Assembly (NCBI GenBank): GCA_017461945.1
Contig: JAFTSB010000057.1
Coordinates: 3,594 to 67,593, forward strand
Length of the DNA: 64,000 bases
From: Clostridia bacterium
GTDB lineage: Bacteria; Bacillota; Clostridia; Oscillospirales; CAG-272
Reading direction: 5' to 3'
Made by a program: the position numbers and the translations under genes. Below are positions 8,810-18,377 of this stretch, one piece after another. The notes beneath the pieces are model-generated. The model ran no database searches. It saw only the letters and a list, made by a program, of their open reading frames with translations, and had not been told where the DNA came from. Every line of letters starts with the position of its first letter. Position 1 is the first letter of the stretch.

Positions 8810-9819
8810 ATGAAGGTTTTGTTGACGGGCGGCGCCGGCTATATCGGTAGCCACACGATTGTGGAAATGTATGCGGCAGGTCACGACGTGGTCGTGGTGG
8901 ATAATTTTGCGAATGCTTCTCCCCGCGTGATGGAGCGCGTGGAGGCCATTACCGGCAAAAAGATTCCCGTGTATGCAGAGGACGTGGCAAACGAGGCCGC
9001 TATGGACCGTATTTTTGCCGAGCATAAGATCGATGCCGTTGTGCATTTTGCAGGTCTTAAGGCTGTGGGTGAATCGGTACGGATGCCTTTGGAATACTAC
9101 GCCAACAATATCGATTCCACCCTGTCCTTGCTGCGTGCCATGAAAAAGGCGGATGTCCGCAAGCTGATCTTCAGCTCCTCTGCCACGGTTTACGGTACCC
9201 CCGAAAAGTGCCCCATTACCGAGGATATGCATACCGGCGATTGCTCCAATCCCTATGGTTGGACCAAGTTTATGATCGAGCAGATCCTGAAGGATTATAG
9301 CCACGCCAATCCCGAAATGCAGGTCATCCTGCTTCGCTATTTCAACCCCGTTGGTGCACATCAAAGCGGACGTATTGGTGAAAGCCCCAAGGGCATCCCC
9401 AACAACCTGATGCCTTATATCACGCAAGTGGCTGTGGGCAAGCGCCCCGAGCTGTCGATTTACGGCAACGATTATCCTACCCCGACGGTACCGGTGTGCG
9501 TGACTATATTCACGTGGTGGATCTTGCCAAGGGTCACGTAGCAGCTCTTGGTTACGAAAAGCCCGGTGTAGGCATCTTCAATCTGGGCACCGGCGTGGGC
9601 TATAGCGTATTGGATATGGTCAATGCCTTTAGCCGCGTGAACAATGTTCCCGTGCCTTATCGCATTGTCGAGCGCCGCCCCGGTGATATCGCCGCTTGCT
9701 ATGCCGACTCCTCCAAGGCGCAAAAGGAGCTGGGTTGGCATGCCGAGCTTGGCCTTGAGGATATGGTGCGCGACTCCTGGAACTGGCAGTCAAACAACCC
9801 CAACGGCTACGATGACTAA
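8810..9819 (+). pseudogene. galE: UDP-glucose 4-epimerase interrupted by a 1-nt frameshift, or a sequencing error
   Basis: MKVLLTGGAGYIGSH and YGNDYPTP run in one frame. The canonical continuation [18 protein letters not shown] is in the -1 frame from 9484. The shift sits at the C-run 9480-9483. Confidence 0.85.
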
Positions 9820-9830
9820 TCTAACAAGCA

Positions 9831-9870
9831 ATCCCCATTGTGCGATTTTCGCACAATGGGGATTTTTTTT
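9831..9870 (+). terminator. intrinsic terminator
   Basis: 15-bp stem ATCCCCATTGTGCGA / TCGCACAATGGGGAT followed by T8. Confidence 0.85.
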
Positions 9871-10052
9871 GTGCATCGCCCTACACCGAATGCGACAAAA
9901 AAAGTCTCGATTTTATCAAAAATGTCTCTTGCGAAAAAAATATTTTTGTGTTAAAATAAGAGAGTAGCAAGAACTGTTTGCGGGACCGCTGCCGCCTTTT
10001 TGACGACACTCTCCCGCCATTTTTGTAAACATTGAACGGGGAGGGGAACACT

Positions 10053-10559
10053 ATGTTTCAGGTTGGAGAACACATCGTTTATGGCATCAACGGCATTTGT
10101 CGCGTGGCCGAGATCGGTCCGTCACCTTATGACAAAGAGGATCCCCGCACGTTTTATTTGCTGATCCCGATCAACAATCCCATGAGCTCAACCATCTACA
10201 CGCCTGTGGATAACGAGCGTGTGCCTATGCGCCGCCTGATGACCAAGGAGGAGATCGAGGCGTTGATCGTTTCCATTCCGGATATCCAGCTTCTGACCGT
10301 TCCCGTAGAAAAGCAACGGCGCGAAATTTACCGCACCGTTATCGGGGAATTGCGACCGGAGGGGTACGTGCAGGTGATCAAGACCGTGCGCTGCCGCCGT
10401 GAGCAGCTGACCGCCGCGCGCAAGCATTTTCCGGTAACTGACTTGGAATACGGACGCCTTGCAAAGCACCTGCTTTGCAGCGAATGTGCCCACGTGCTGG
10501 GTATGAGCGAGGACGAGGTCGATCGTTATATCAGCAACCGCTTGGGCGAAGCGCAATAA
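10053..10559 (+). CDS. CarD_CdnL_TRCF-family transcriptional regulator
   Basis: MFQVGEHIVYGINGICRVAEI (RNAP-interacting Tudor-like N-domain pattern). GGGGAGGGG SD before ATG 10053; the track ORF starts at an upstream TTG. Confidence 0.75.
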   Translation: MFQVGEHIVYGINGICRVAEIGPSPYDKEDPRTFYLLIPINNPMSSTIYTPVDNERVPMRRLMTKEEIEALIVSIPDIQLLTVPVEKQRREIYRTVIGELRPEGYVQVIKTVRCRREQLTAARKHFPVTDLEYGRLAKHLLCSECAHVLGMSEDEVDRYISNRLGEAQ

Positions 10560-10566
10560 ACCGTAC

Positions 10567-10602
10567 AAAAGCCGCAGGGATATTGTATCCCTGCGGCTTT
10601 TG
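10567..10602 (+). terminator. intrinsic terminator overlapping a possible promoter for the next gene
   Basis: GCCGCAGGGA (10571-10580) / TCCCTGCGGC (10588-10597) plus TTTT. TTGTAT (10583-10588) and TGgTATAAT (10603-10611) could act as -35/-10. Confidence 0.7.
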
Positions 10603-10648
10603 TGGTATAATGATAACACCAGTCAATGACATTGCAAAGGAGTACACT

Positions 10649-11953
10649 ATGAACGATGCAAAAAAGTCCACGCCCTTGGGCGGCAAGCTGTGGATCTCGC
10701 TGATCTTTTTCGGCCTTGTGGGGCAGATCGCTTGGGTGGTGGAGAACATGTACTTTGCCACGCTTTCCCAAGATATTTTTGCCAATTCCGGGCGGCAGGA
10801 TCTTTCCTATATTGTGACTACGCTCATGGTTATTTTTTCGGCCATTACAGCCACCGCTACAACCATTGTGGCGGGAGGCTTGTGCGATCGGTCGGGGAAA
10901 CGAAAGCCCTTTATTGCTTATGGCTATATGGCTTGGGGCGTGACCATTATGGCCTTTGCCTTGATCCCCATGCGTGCAGAACATAACCTTTTGTGGGTGG
11001 TGGCTGCCATTTTGGTGGTGTTTGACTGTCTGATGACCCTGTGCGGTTCTACCGCCAACGATGCGGCCTTTAACGCTTGGGTCACCGATGTGACCGATCC
11101 CACCAACCGCGGCAGGGTGGATGCCATTCTTTCCATGCTGCCGGTATTTGCCGTGGTGATTATTTTTATTGGTCTCGGCTCTCTGTACAGCGCCCAAAAT
11201 CAGACCAACGCACTCTTCTTTCTGGTGCTGGGTGCCATTCCTATGATCACGGGCGTGGTGGCGCTTTTTGCCCTTAAGGATCGGTCGCAGGCACAAAAAA
11301 TAGAGAACGGTAGTCGTTTTTCTGATATTTTCTATGGATTTCGCCTTGCAGTGATCCGCAAAAATGCTATGATGTATATCACACTTTGCGCCGCTTGCGT
11401 GGTGGGGGTCGCACAGCAAACCTTCTTCTCATATTTAATGAATTTTGTCATCCGCACCTTGGGGTACGGCGATGGCTTTATGATTCCGGTAGCGGTGATC
11501 ATCGTGGGTGCAGCGGTGATGACGGGCGTGTGCGGTGCGCTGTTCGACCGCCTGGGTCGCAAGCACTTTTATCTGCCCTTGGGGGGCCTTGTTGTGGTGG
11601 GAACTGCTGCAATGTATTGCCTGCAATTTTTGCAAGGAGCAGCCGCCACGGTGGTGCTGTATGTGGGCGGGGTGATCATGATGGGAGCAATCCTGTCGCT
11701 GATTGGAGCATTGACCGCCAATTTCCGTGACTTGACACCGGCTGGATGCGAAGGGCGCTTTCAGGGCGTGCGGATGTGCTTTACGGTTCTGATTCCTATG
11801 ATCGTCGGTCCGCTGATCTCCATGTGCATCGGTTTGGATGCTATGGGGCTGAACGGTGCGGATTTTGCCCCTACGTATGAGATATTTTTGGCCGCTTCCA
11901 TTGTTGCCGCTGTGGCATTGGTGCCCCTGTGGCTGGTGCGTCGCGCCAAATAA
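10649..11953 (+). CDS. MFS transporter (sugar/GPH-like)
   Basis: About 12 predicted hydrophobic helices. AAAGGAG SD before ATG 10649; the upstream part of the track ORF overlaps the carD-like gene and the terminator. Confidence 0.8.
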   Translation: MNDAKKSTPLGGKLWISLIFFGLVGQIAWVVENMYFATLSQDIFANSGRQDLSYIVTTLMVIFSAITATATTIVAGGLCDRSGKRKPFIAYGYMAWGVTIMAFALIPMRAEHNLLWVVAAILVVFDCLMTLCGSTANDAAFNAWVTDVTDPTNRGRVDAILSMLPVFAVVIIFIGLGSLYSAQNQTNALFFLVLGAIPMITGVVALFALKDRSQAQKIENGSRFSDIFYGFRLAVIRKNAMMYITLCAACVVGVAQQTFFSYLMNFVIRTLGYGDGFMIPVAVIIVGAAVMTGVCGALFDRLGRKHFYLPLGGLVVVGTAAMYCLQFLQGAAATVVLYVGGVIMMGAILSLIGALTANFRDLTPAGCEGRFQGVRMCFTVLIPMIVGPLISMCIGLDAMGLNGADFAPTYEIFLAASIVAAVALVPLWLVRRAK

Positions 11954-11962
11954 GCAATTGCC

Positions 11963-12003
11963 AAAAAAGCGCTCACAGAGCTTGTCTGTGAGCGCTTTTT
12001 TTT
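11963..12003. terminator. bidirectional intrinsic terminator between convergent genes
   Basis: AGCGCTCACAG / CTGTGAGCGCT stem flanked by A6 and T8. Confidence 0.8.
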
Positions 12004-12012
12004 ATGATAGGA

Positions 12013-13113
12013 TCAATCAAAATAGCTTTTGCTGATATCGCCATGCAGAATGCGGCGCATGACGCAGATCAACGTGTTGGCCATCATGGCAAAGCCAAGA
12101 TCGGTGGGGTGGGTGTGATCTACGGTACAGCAATCCTCAAAGGGGCCTTGAAAAAAGCTTTCTCCGTCAACGTAATATACGTTGTGGTCGCCCTTATCCA
12201 GGGCATAATTGTAGGTATCCTGCACCACCCGACGGCGCGCCGCTGTGGCGGTGGCAAAAAAGTCTGGGCGGGAGATCATGATATAGGGAATGTCGGGGTG
12301 CTTTTCGCGAATGGTATCGTAAAGCTTTTGGTGAGTGGCGCGCAGATGTGCCACATTGGGGGCATTGTGGTCATAATCCGACACAAACATGGACATATCC
12401 AAGCCGGCAAGATACTTCAGCATAGCGTCTTCAGCACGGCCGTTGCCCGAAAAGCCCAGATTGATAAAATCCAGGGAAAGGGCGCGGCTGATCATGGCTT
12501 GATAAGCGTTGCCGGGGCGAGAAGCGCATCCGCCTTGCGTGATAGAGGAGCCGTAATAGACCACAGGCTTTTGATTGCGATAGGGGGCGCCTTCGCCAAG
12601 ATAAGAGCCCTTTGCTACGCCAATATACAAAGCGTCTACTGCGTTATACAGGGGGAAATTGATGGTGACGTAGTGGAGCTTTTTGCCTGGCAACGGTTGC
12701 TTGGATTCGTATCCGTTTGTCATACCGGTGGGTGGTATAAAGGTGCGGTGATAACGGCTTTCGCGGCCATCGGGCGTGTCGAGAAACAAATCAAAGCCGG
12801 CAGAACCCGAAAGAGGCATGTGCGACAAACGGCCAACGCTTGGCATCACCGCCTTGATCACCACATAGGGCGAGTCGGTGGAAAAACGAACGCGGCCGCC
12901 GGCGGTTTGAAAGCTGAGCTTGTGTACGCCTTCGCTAACGGTGGCAGCTACCTCAGTGGGCATACGCTTGAAAACCGGCTCGGTCAGCGGATTGTACAAT
13001 CCGTAGATCTGAAAGGGAGGCTTGCGCACATCGTGCAGCTCCAGATCGGGGGCATCCACCTTGGCGGCTACTGCAAGGTTGTGATCCAAAAGAGAAATAT
13101 CAAAATTTGCCAT
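12013..13113 (-). CDS. SGNH/GDSL-family hydrolase with an N-terminal beta-sandwich domain (carbohydrate esterase-like)
   Basis: Catalytic block VVYYGSSITQGG, oxyanion block GFSGNG, and DYDHN (Asp-x-x-His block). Confidence 0.8.
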   Translation of the reverse strand: MANFDISLLDHNLAVAAKVDAPDLELHDVRKPPFQIYGLYNPLTEPVFKRMPTEVAATVSEGVHKLSFQTAGGRVRFSTDSPYVVIKAVMPSVGRLSHMPLSGSAGFDLFLDTPDGRESRYHRTFIPPTGMTNGYESKQPLPGKKLHYVTINFPLYNAVDALYIGVAKGSYLGEGAPYRNQKPVVYYGSSITQGGCASRPGNAYQAMISRALSLDFINLGFSGNGRAEDAMLKYLAGLDMSMFVSDYDHNAPNVAHLRATHQKLYDTIREKHPDIPYIMISRPDFFATATAARRRVVQDTYNYALDKGDHNVYYVDGESFFQGPFEDCCTVDHTHPTDLGFAMMANTLICVMRRILHGDISKSYFD

Positions 13114-13127
13114 ACGTACCTCGTTTT

Positions 13128-14237
13128 TTACATCTTTTCCTCACGCAGGCAGCGGCGCAATACATCGCCGATCTGCTCAGCGAACAGCTGAAAGCCAAGA
13201 TCGTTGGGGTGGCCGCCGTCTACGGTGCAGCAATCTCCATAGGTACCGGTGTGAATACGCTCACCGTCGATGAAATAGACGTTCTGATCGCCCTGAGCAA
13301 CAGCGCGACGATAGGAATCCCAAATCACCTCGCGGCGTCGTATGCTGCTTTCCGCACCGCCAATGTAGATGTTGTCGTAATAGAAATCGGAGCGAGAAAT
13401 CATGATATAAGGGATATGGGGGTGCTTTTCGCGGATAGCCTGATACATTTTGAAATGGGTGTTTTGCAGATGCTCCGCTGTCAGGGCGTTGTGGTCGTAA
13501 TCCGATACAAAAGCCGACATCGAAAGCCCGGTCATATAGTTGACCATCACATCCTCGGCAAGGCCGCTGCCCGAAAAGCCGAGATTGATATGATCCACAC
13601 CCAAAGCTCGGGAGATCATGTTCTGATAGCAATTGCCGGGGTGAGAGGCGCATCCGCCTTGCGTGATGGAGGAGCCGTAATACACGATCGGGGCAAGGTC
13701 ACGGTAGGGGGCACCCTCCTCCAGCACAGAGCCTTTGGCAACGCCCACATATAGGGCGGTTACCGGGTTATACAGCGGGAAATGGATGGTAAAGCACCGC
13801 TTGCCGGGGCGATTGATCATGACCTTGGATTCGTAACCGTCGGTCATATTGTACGGGGGGACAAAGGTGCGATGAAACGCAGAGGCGCTGCCGTCGGGAG
13901 CATCAATATACAGATCAAAGCCGGAGGAGCCGGTGAGGGGCATATGCGAGAAATGCGTGACCTTGGGCATTACGACTTTGATGACGATGTAGGGCGAATC
14001 GGTGGAAAAGCGCACACGGCCACCTGCGGTGTGAAGGCTGAGCTTTCGTACCCCTTCACTCACGTTGGCGGCCACCTCGGTGGGCATGCGTTTAAAGTCG
14101 GGCTCGGTCAGCGGATTGTACAATCCGTAAATCTGAAAAGGCGGCTTGCGCACATCGTGCAGCTCCAGATCGGGGGCGTTTACCTTGGTGGCAATTTCCA
14201 AATTTTTATCAATGTCTGCAATATTGAAATCAGCCAT
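13128..14237 (-). CDS. SGNH/GDSL-family hydrolase, tandem paralog of 12013-13113
   Basis: Shares long identical runs with its neighbour (APDLELHDVRKPPFQIYGLYNPLTEP, AGGRVRFSTDSPY, YYGSSITQGGCAS). Confidence 0.8.
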   Translation of the reverse strand: MADFNIADIDKNLEIATKVNAPDLELHDVRKPPFQIYGLYNPLTEPDFKRMPTEVAANVSEGVRKLSLHTAGGRVRFSTDSPYIVIKVVMPKVTHFSHMPLTGSSGFDLYIDAPDGSASAFHRTFVPPYNMTDGYESKVMINRPGKRCFTIHFPLYNPVTALYVGVAKGSVLEEGAPYRDLAPIVYYGSSITQGGCASHPGNCYQNMISRALGVDHINLGFSGSGLAEDVMVNYMTGLSMSAFVSDYDHNALTAEHLQNTHFKMYQAIREKHPHIPYIMISRSDFYYDNIYIGGAESSIRRREVIWDSYRRAVAQGDQNVYFIDGERIHTGTYGDCCTVDGGHPNDLGFQLFAEQIGDVLRRCLREEKM

Positions 14238-14276
14238 AAAATTCTCCTACGTATATGCGTTTTTGGAAAAAGGAGA

Positions 14277-15056
14277 TCAATCCTCCATAATTGCCTTGAT
14301 GGCAGCAATGCACGCAGCTCTGAAGCCCATCTCCTCCAGGGCAGCAACGCCCTTAATGGTAGAGCCACCGGGAGAACAGACCATATCCTTCAGCACGCCG
14401 GGGTGCAGATCGGTCTCGCGCTGGAGCCTGGCACTGCCCTGTACGGTCTCGGCCACCATAGCCATAGCAGTTTTGCGAGGAATACCGTAAAGCACAGCGG
14501 CATCGGCAAAGGCCTCCAACATCAGATCCACAAAGGCAGGACCGCAGCCGCTGATGGCGCCGCCAATCTCCATTTGGGAGGAGGGTAGGGTGTGCACGTG
14601 ACCCACGGCGGCAAACAGTGCGGTCACGGCGGTCAGCTCGTCAGCATTAAGGGAGGTGGTTTGTTCAAACAGAAAGACACCTTCGCCTACCATCGCAGGG
14701 GTGTTGGGCATAATGAACTGCACGCGAACATCGTCGGGCAGCATGGCACGATAGCGGGCGTGATCCCAGCCCAGCGCAATGGAAAGGAGAGCCTTGCCCG
14801 AAAGCAGCTCCTTTGCGTCAGCGAGCGCCTCCTCGACCTGATGGGGCTTGCAGGCCACCAAAACGGTGTCGGCTGCGGCAACGGCCTCTGCAGCAGAGGC
14901 GGCAACAGTAAAGCCGAGAGCCTTGGCCTTGCTTGCCAGCTGCTCGGTGCAGGGGTCAAAGGCAATGATGTCGGCAGCGGCCAGCTTGCCGGATGCAATA
15001 AATCCGCCGGCCAAAGCGCTTGCCATATTGCCCATGCCGATAAAAGCCAGTTTCAT
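14277..15056 (-). CDS. proC: pyrroline-5-carboxylate reductase
   Basis: MKLAFIGMGNMASALAGG (NADP Rossmann motif) and VCSPGGSTIKG near the C-terminus. GGAGGA SD 7 nt before this ATG. Confidence 0.9.
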   Translation of the reverse strand: MKLAFIGMGNMASALAGGFIASGKLAAADIIAFDPCTEQLASKAKALGFTVAASAAEAVAAADTVLVACKPHQVEEALADAKELLSGKALLSIALGWDHARYRAMLPDDVRVQFIMPNTPAMVGEGVFLFEQTTSLNADELTAVTALFAAVGHVHTLPSSQMEIGGAISGCGPAFVDLMLEAFADAAVLYGIPRKTAMAMVAETVQGSARLQRETDLHPGVLKDMVCSPGGSTIKGVAALEEMGFRAACIAAIKAIMED

Positions 15057-15120
15057 GGTGAGTTCCTCCAAGAAAATTCATTAAAACAATTATACTGCGT
15101 GGGCACGAAGATGTCAAGTA

Positions 15121-15162
15121 AAAAGAAAAGCGAGGCGCTAAAAGCGCCTCGCTTTTCTTTTC
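15121..15162 (-). terminator. intrinsic terminator after rpmB
   Basis: CGAGGCGC / GCGCCTCG stem extended by GAAAAG / CTTTTC, with T-runs on both strands. Confidence 0.8.
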
Positions 15163-15167
15163 TCATC

Positions 15168-15353
15168 TTATGCGCGGGTAACTTTACCGGAACGCAGGCA
15201 ACGAGAGCAAACCGCCACAGTAGTGGGGGTACCGTCAACGATAGCCTTGACCTTACGGATGTTGGGCTTCCAAGAACGGTTGGTCTTACGGTTAGAGTGA
15301 GAAACGTTCTGACCGAACACAACGCCCTTTCCGCAAACACTGCACTTTGCCAT
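15168..15353 (-). CDS. rpmB: 50S ribosomal protein L28
   Basis: MAKCSVCGKGVVFGQNVSHSNRKTNRSWKPNIRKV. AGGAGGTG SD before this ATG. Confidence 0.95.
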   Translation of the reverse strand: MAKCSVCGKGVVFGQNVSHSNRKTNRSWKPNIRKVKAIVDGTPTTVAVCSRCLRSGKVTRA

Positions 15354-15419
15354 ATTTGACACCTCCTGTCGCACCCGTGGGTGCTCGTCGTTTCATCAAA
15401 GTTTTCAATAACAACTGGT

Positions 15420-15448
15420 ATTATACCACAACCTGCGTGAAATTGCAA
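15420..15448 (-). promoter_or_regulatory. sigma-70-like promoter of rpmB
   Basis: On the minus strand: TTGCAA (15448-15443), 17-nt spacer, TGgTATAAT (-10 at 15425-15420). Confidence 0.65.
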
Positions 15449-15505
15449 GAGCTTTTTATAATTTTTTTTCAACAGAATTCAAAAAGCTGTGGGATGGCTC
15501 TTTGT

Positions 15506-16894
15506 TCAATTTGTGGGATAAAGAATGGCACGCATCTGGTCATAGGCCTTTGTGCTCATTGCAGATGCCCATGTCGCAGCGAATTCTTCTTCTCGCGGCT
15601 CGCGCCGCTCGGCGGCCAGAAACACCGTCAGACGTGGGGTAGTCAGCCCCGGGCGGGTGATCTGCCGATGATGGCAGGAGGGGATTGCCAGCTCGCAGGT
15701 GATCCGGTGCAGGTCCAGCAGGCAGGCAAGGGCCTCTGATAGCACGGTCTCACTCATGGGGGGCAGCTCCAGCAGAGCGGTGGCGGTCATGTGTTTGGGG
15801 TCGCCTCCTGCAGCAACCAGCTGGCCAACGGTGCGCAAAAGGGTGTCTGCACATCCCTTTTCCGTGGTCATGCCCAACAAAAGCGTTGTATCGTCCTCGG
15901 CCTTGTCAAGAGCCAGCAGACGCTCGGTGCGCGCTGTGACGGTGGGGCGCACGTGGTAGGGGGCAAGAAGAGCATGCAAAAGGCCGTTTTCTGCGGTCAG
16001 CAGCAACGTGTTGCCATGGTGCAGCACCAAGCGCTTGGTGCCGGGCGTGCGCTGCCCCAACAGTGTTATGGGCGCTCCCTTTCCCAACAACAGTGGGAGC
16101 GCGTGCTGCGGAGCGGTGAACAGCACCGTTCCTTTGCCATAAGAGGCAAGGGCAGAAAGCCCCTCATCCGGGTTAAAATACAGCAGGCCGGCGGTATCGA
16201 TGGAAACACCCGTTTCCAATGCCAACAGGTGGGGGAAAACGCCCTCACCGTGTGGTACCGCCAAAGGGGTAAGGCCAAAAGCTTGGTGTGCATCAAAAAA
16301 AGCGGTGACCTCGCGTTCAAAGGGGGCTTGGCCGGTGGGAAACAGCAGCAACAAATAGGGGGCGGAACGAGGGGCCTTATCCTCTGCCATCTGCGCGGCC
16401 ATAACACTGCCCAGCGTTAACGTTGGGCCCTTTGCTCGCCCAAGACCAAGTGCAGAAAACTCTGCTACGTGTCCGCATTTCAGGGATTTATGATGAGGAA
16501 TAGCACCACATCTTGCCAGATAACGCCCACTCATGCTTTGCAGACCGTTTACGTGCAATGCCATACTCTCACCGTCTTGCATCAGCGTTTCCCCTTGCCG
16601 CAGAATATCGGCAAAGATGCGGCGATCCTCATCGCTTCCGCAAACACCATCTATCAGCGTTGCGGCCGGCAAAGTGGCGCGCAGGCTTGTCAATGCATCC
16701 AGAAATCGCAGCTCGCCCACGGTGGGGTCGCGGAGCTCTCGCAATCGAAAATATTCGCGGCAACGCAACAAGGCCGTGAGAGAAAGCGAGAGGCCAAGCT
16801 CAGCTGCCGTATGCTGCAGACCCTCGGGCGACAGCATACCAAAGTTGGTGACGGGACGGCGCTCCGCCATCATGGTATTCATAGGTTCGTTCAT
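15506..16894 (-). CDS. hypothetical protein with a PurL/FGAM-synthase N-terminal-linker-like motif
   Basis: LSLSLTALLRCREYFRLRELRDPTVGELRFLDAL resembles the PurL N-terminal pattern (..gR.PT..EL..f.q). The start ATG overlaps the mtaB stop (ATGA). Confidence 0.6.
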   Translation of the reverse strand: MNEPMNTMMAERRPVTNFGMLSPEGLQHTAAELGLSLSLTALLRCREYFRLRELRDPTVGELRFLDALTSLRATLPAATLIDGVCGSDEDRRIFADILRQGETLMQDGESMALHVNGLQSMSGRYLARCGAIPHHKSLKCGHVAEFSALGLGRAKGPTLTLGSVMAAQMAEDKAPRSAPYLLLLFPTGQAPFEREVTAFFDAHQAFGLTPLAVPHGEGVFPHLLALETGVSIDTAGLLYFNPDEGLSALASYGKGTVLFTAPQHALPLLLGKGAPITLLGQRTPGTKRLVLHHGNTLLLTAENGLLHALLAPYHVRPTVTARTERLLALDKAEDDTTLLLGMTTEKGCADTLLRTVGQLVAAGGDPKHMTATALLELPPMSETVLSEALACLLDLHRITCELAIPSCHHRQITRPGLTTPRLTVFLAAERREPREEEFAATWASAMSTKAYDQMRAILYPTN

Positions 16895-18213
16895 GGTTCT
16901 ACCTCGTTTAGCTGTGCCATCAGGCGGTCACCCTCCACGCAAAGCAACGTTACAGTTCCCAGCTTGGAGCGCAATGGTACCGGCGATGGCGCGCAGACCT
17001 CTAAAAACGTATCGGTATGGCCGATGGCCATTCCGTTCTCGTATGTTTCAAAAAGAACCCTACGTGTGGGTGTTTTCAGCGCATTTTCGAGCCGCTTTTG
17101 ATGCAATTCTTCGGCCACGGCCATCAAAGCCGCAGAGCGCTCTTTCTTCACCGCCTTGGAAATCTGATCGGGGAGCGTGGCGGCAATTGTGCCTGCGCGC
17201 TTGGAATAGGCGAATACGTGCATAGAGAGAAATTCTGCCTGCCGTGCCATATCAACGGTTTCGGCAAAATCCGCATCCGTTTCACCGGGAAAGCCCACAA
17301 TGAAATCGGTGGTCAGCTCCAGGTCCGAAAAGGCGGCACGCAGACGCTGAATGCCGGCCAAGGCTTGATCACGATTGTATTTGCGCTTCATAGCGGCCAG
17401 CACGCGGGAGGAGCCGCTTTGCATCGAAATATGGAAGTGGGGGGCGAGAGAATGGAGCGCGGCGATGCGACGAACGAAATCGTCTTTCATCAAAGAAGGA
17501 TCCAAAGAGCCCAGTCGTATACGGCCAATACCCGGGATGGCATCCACAGCCTCCAGCAGATCGGCCAGCCCAACATCCTGCAGATCGCGGCCCCAAGAGG
17601 CGGTCTCAATGCCGGTCAGTACCACCTCGCGGCACCCGCCCTTGACCAAGCCGGTGACCTCTCGCACCACATCGGCCAGAGGCTTGGAGCGCACACGCCC
17701 TCTGGCGCCCGGAATGGCGCAGTAAGCACAGCGATTTTCGCATCCGTCTTCAATTTTTACATAGGCACGCGTGCGGTCAAAGTGTGTGATCTCCATTGGC
17801 TCAAAGGGGGCGGTGTTCACGTCGCCTATGCGAAGGGTGGGGGCGTTTGGCTTTCCGGTTTTCAGCAGCTCCTTGGCGCGGTTCACCACCGAGAGCTTGT
17901 CCACATTACCGCAAATGTCGTCCACGCCTGCAATACGGGCGGCGGCCTGGGGGTCTGCCTGCGCAAAGCAGCCGGTCAGCAGGATCACAGCCTTGGGGTT
18001 GCGTAAATGCATGCGACGGGCCAGTTGCCCCGCCTTTCGGTCCGATTCGGCGGTAACGGTGCAGGTGTTGATCACGTAGACGTCGCAGGGCTCGTCTGTG
18101 TGCTGCACCAAAAAGCCCTCGCGCTCAAAGGCCTCTGCGATGGCTTCGCTTTCGTATTGATTGACCTTGCATCCAAGGGTCAGTACCGAAACGGTGGGCT
18201 TTTCGTTGTGCAT
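16891..18213 (-). CDS. mtaB: tRNA t6A37 methylthiotransferase (radical SAM, MtaB-type)
   Basis: UPF0004 N-domain VSVLTLGCKVNQYESEAI, radical-SAM cluster GCENRCAYCAIP, C-terminal TRAM-like region. Confidence 0.88.
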   Translation of the reverse strand: MHNEKPTVSVLTLGCKVNQYESEAIAEAFEREGFLVQHTDEPCDVYVINTCTVTAESDRKAGQLARRMHLRNPKAVILLTGCFAQADPQAAARIAGVDDICGNVDKLSVVNRAKELLKTGKPNAPTLRIGDVNTAPFEPMEITHFDRTRAYVKIEDGCENRCAYCAIPGARGRVRSKPLADVVREVTGLVKGGCREVVLTGIETASWGRDLQDVGLADLLEAVDAIPGIGRIRLGSLDPSLMKDDFVRRIAALHSLAPHFHISMQSGSSRVLAAMKRKYNRDQALAGIQRLRAAFSDLELTTDFIVGFPGETDADFAETVDMARQAEFLSMHVFAYSKRAGTIAATLPDQISKAVKKERSAALMAVAEELHQKRLENALKTPTRRVLFETYENGMAIGHTDTFLEVCAPSPVPLRSKLGTVTLLCVEGDRLMAQLNEVEP

Positions 18214-18302
18214 GGCGTTCCCTCACTTTTTATTGTTCTCTTTATTTTACCACGATATGGGGCGGCGGTCAACAGCCGCAAAAATATTTTTTGGCACAGC
18301 TA

Positions 18303-18331
18303 TTGAAAAAGAGGGGAAATGATAGTATAAT
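18303..18331 (+). promoter_or_regulatory. sigma-70-like promoter of the pseudouridine synthase gene
   Basis: TTGAAA (18303-18308), 17-nt spacer, TATAAT (18326-18331). Confidence 0.65.
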
Positions 18332-18349
18332 GTAGGAGACATCGTGGCT

Positions 18350-18377
18350 CGGCAGTGATTGATACTGCCGATTTTTT
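18350..18377 (+). promoter_or_regulatory. terminator-like hairpin inside the 5' leader (possible attenuator)
   Basis: CGGCAGT (18350-18356) / ACTGCCG (18364-18370) plus A-T6, located between the promoter and the SD/ATG at 18395. Confidence 0.5.

Noticed and set aside
12004-14588. Long plus-strand ORFs (395, 215 and 268 aa) antisense to the SGNH hydrolase genes. Similar mirror ORFs occur at 899..2152(-), 32158..33615(+), 36113..37186(+), 38974..40245(+), 41111..42010(+), 44310..45086(+), 47539..49050(+) and 50421..51899(+).
   Set aside because: Each lies opposite a gene with clear family motifs. They lack SD sequences and have the Gly/Ala/Arg/His-rich low-complexity composition typical of antisense frames in GC-rich coding DNA.
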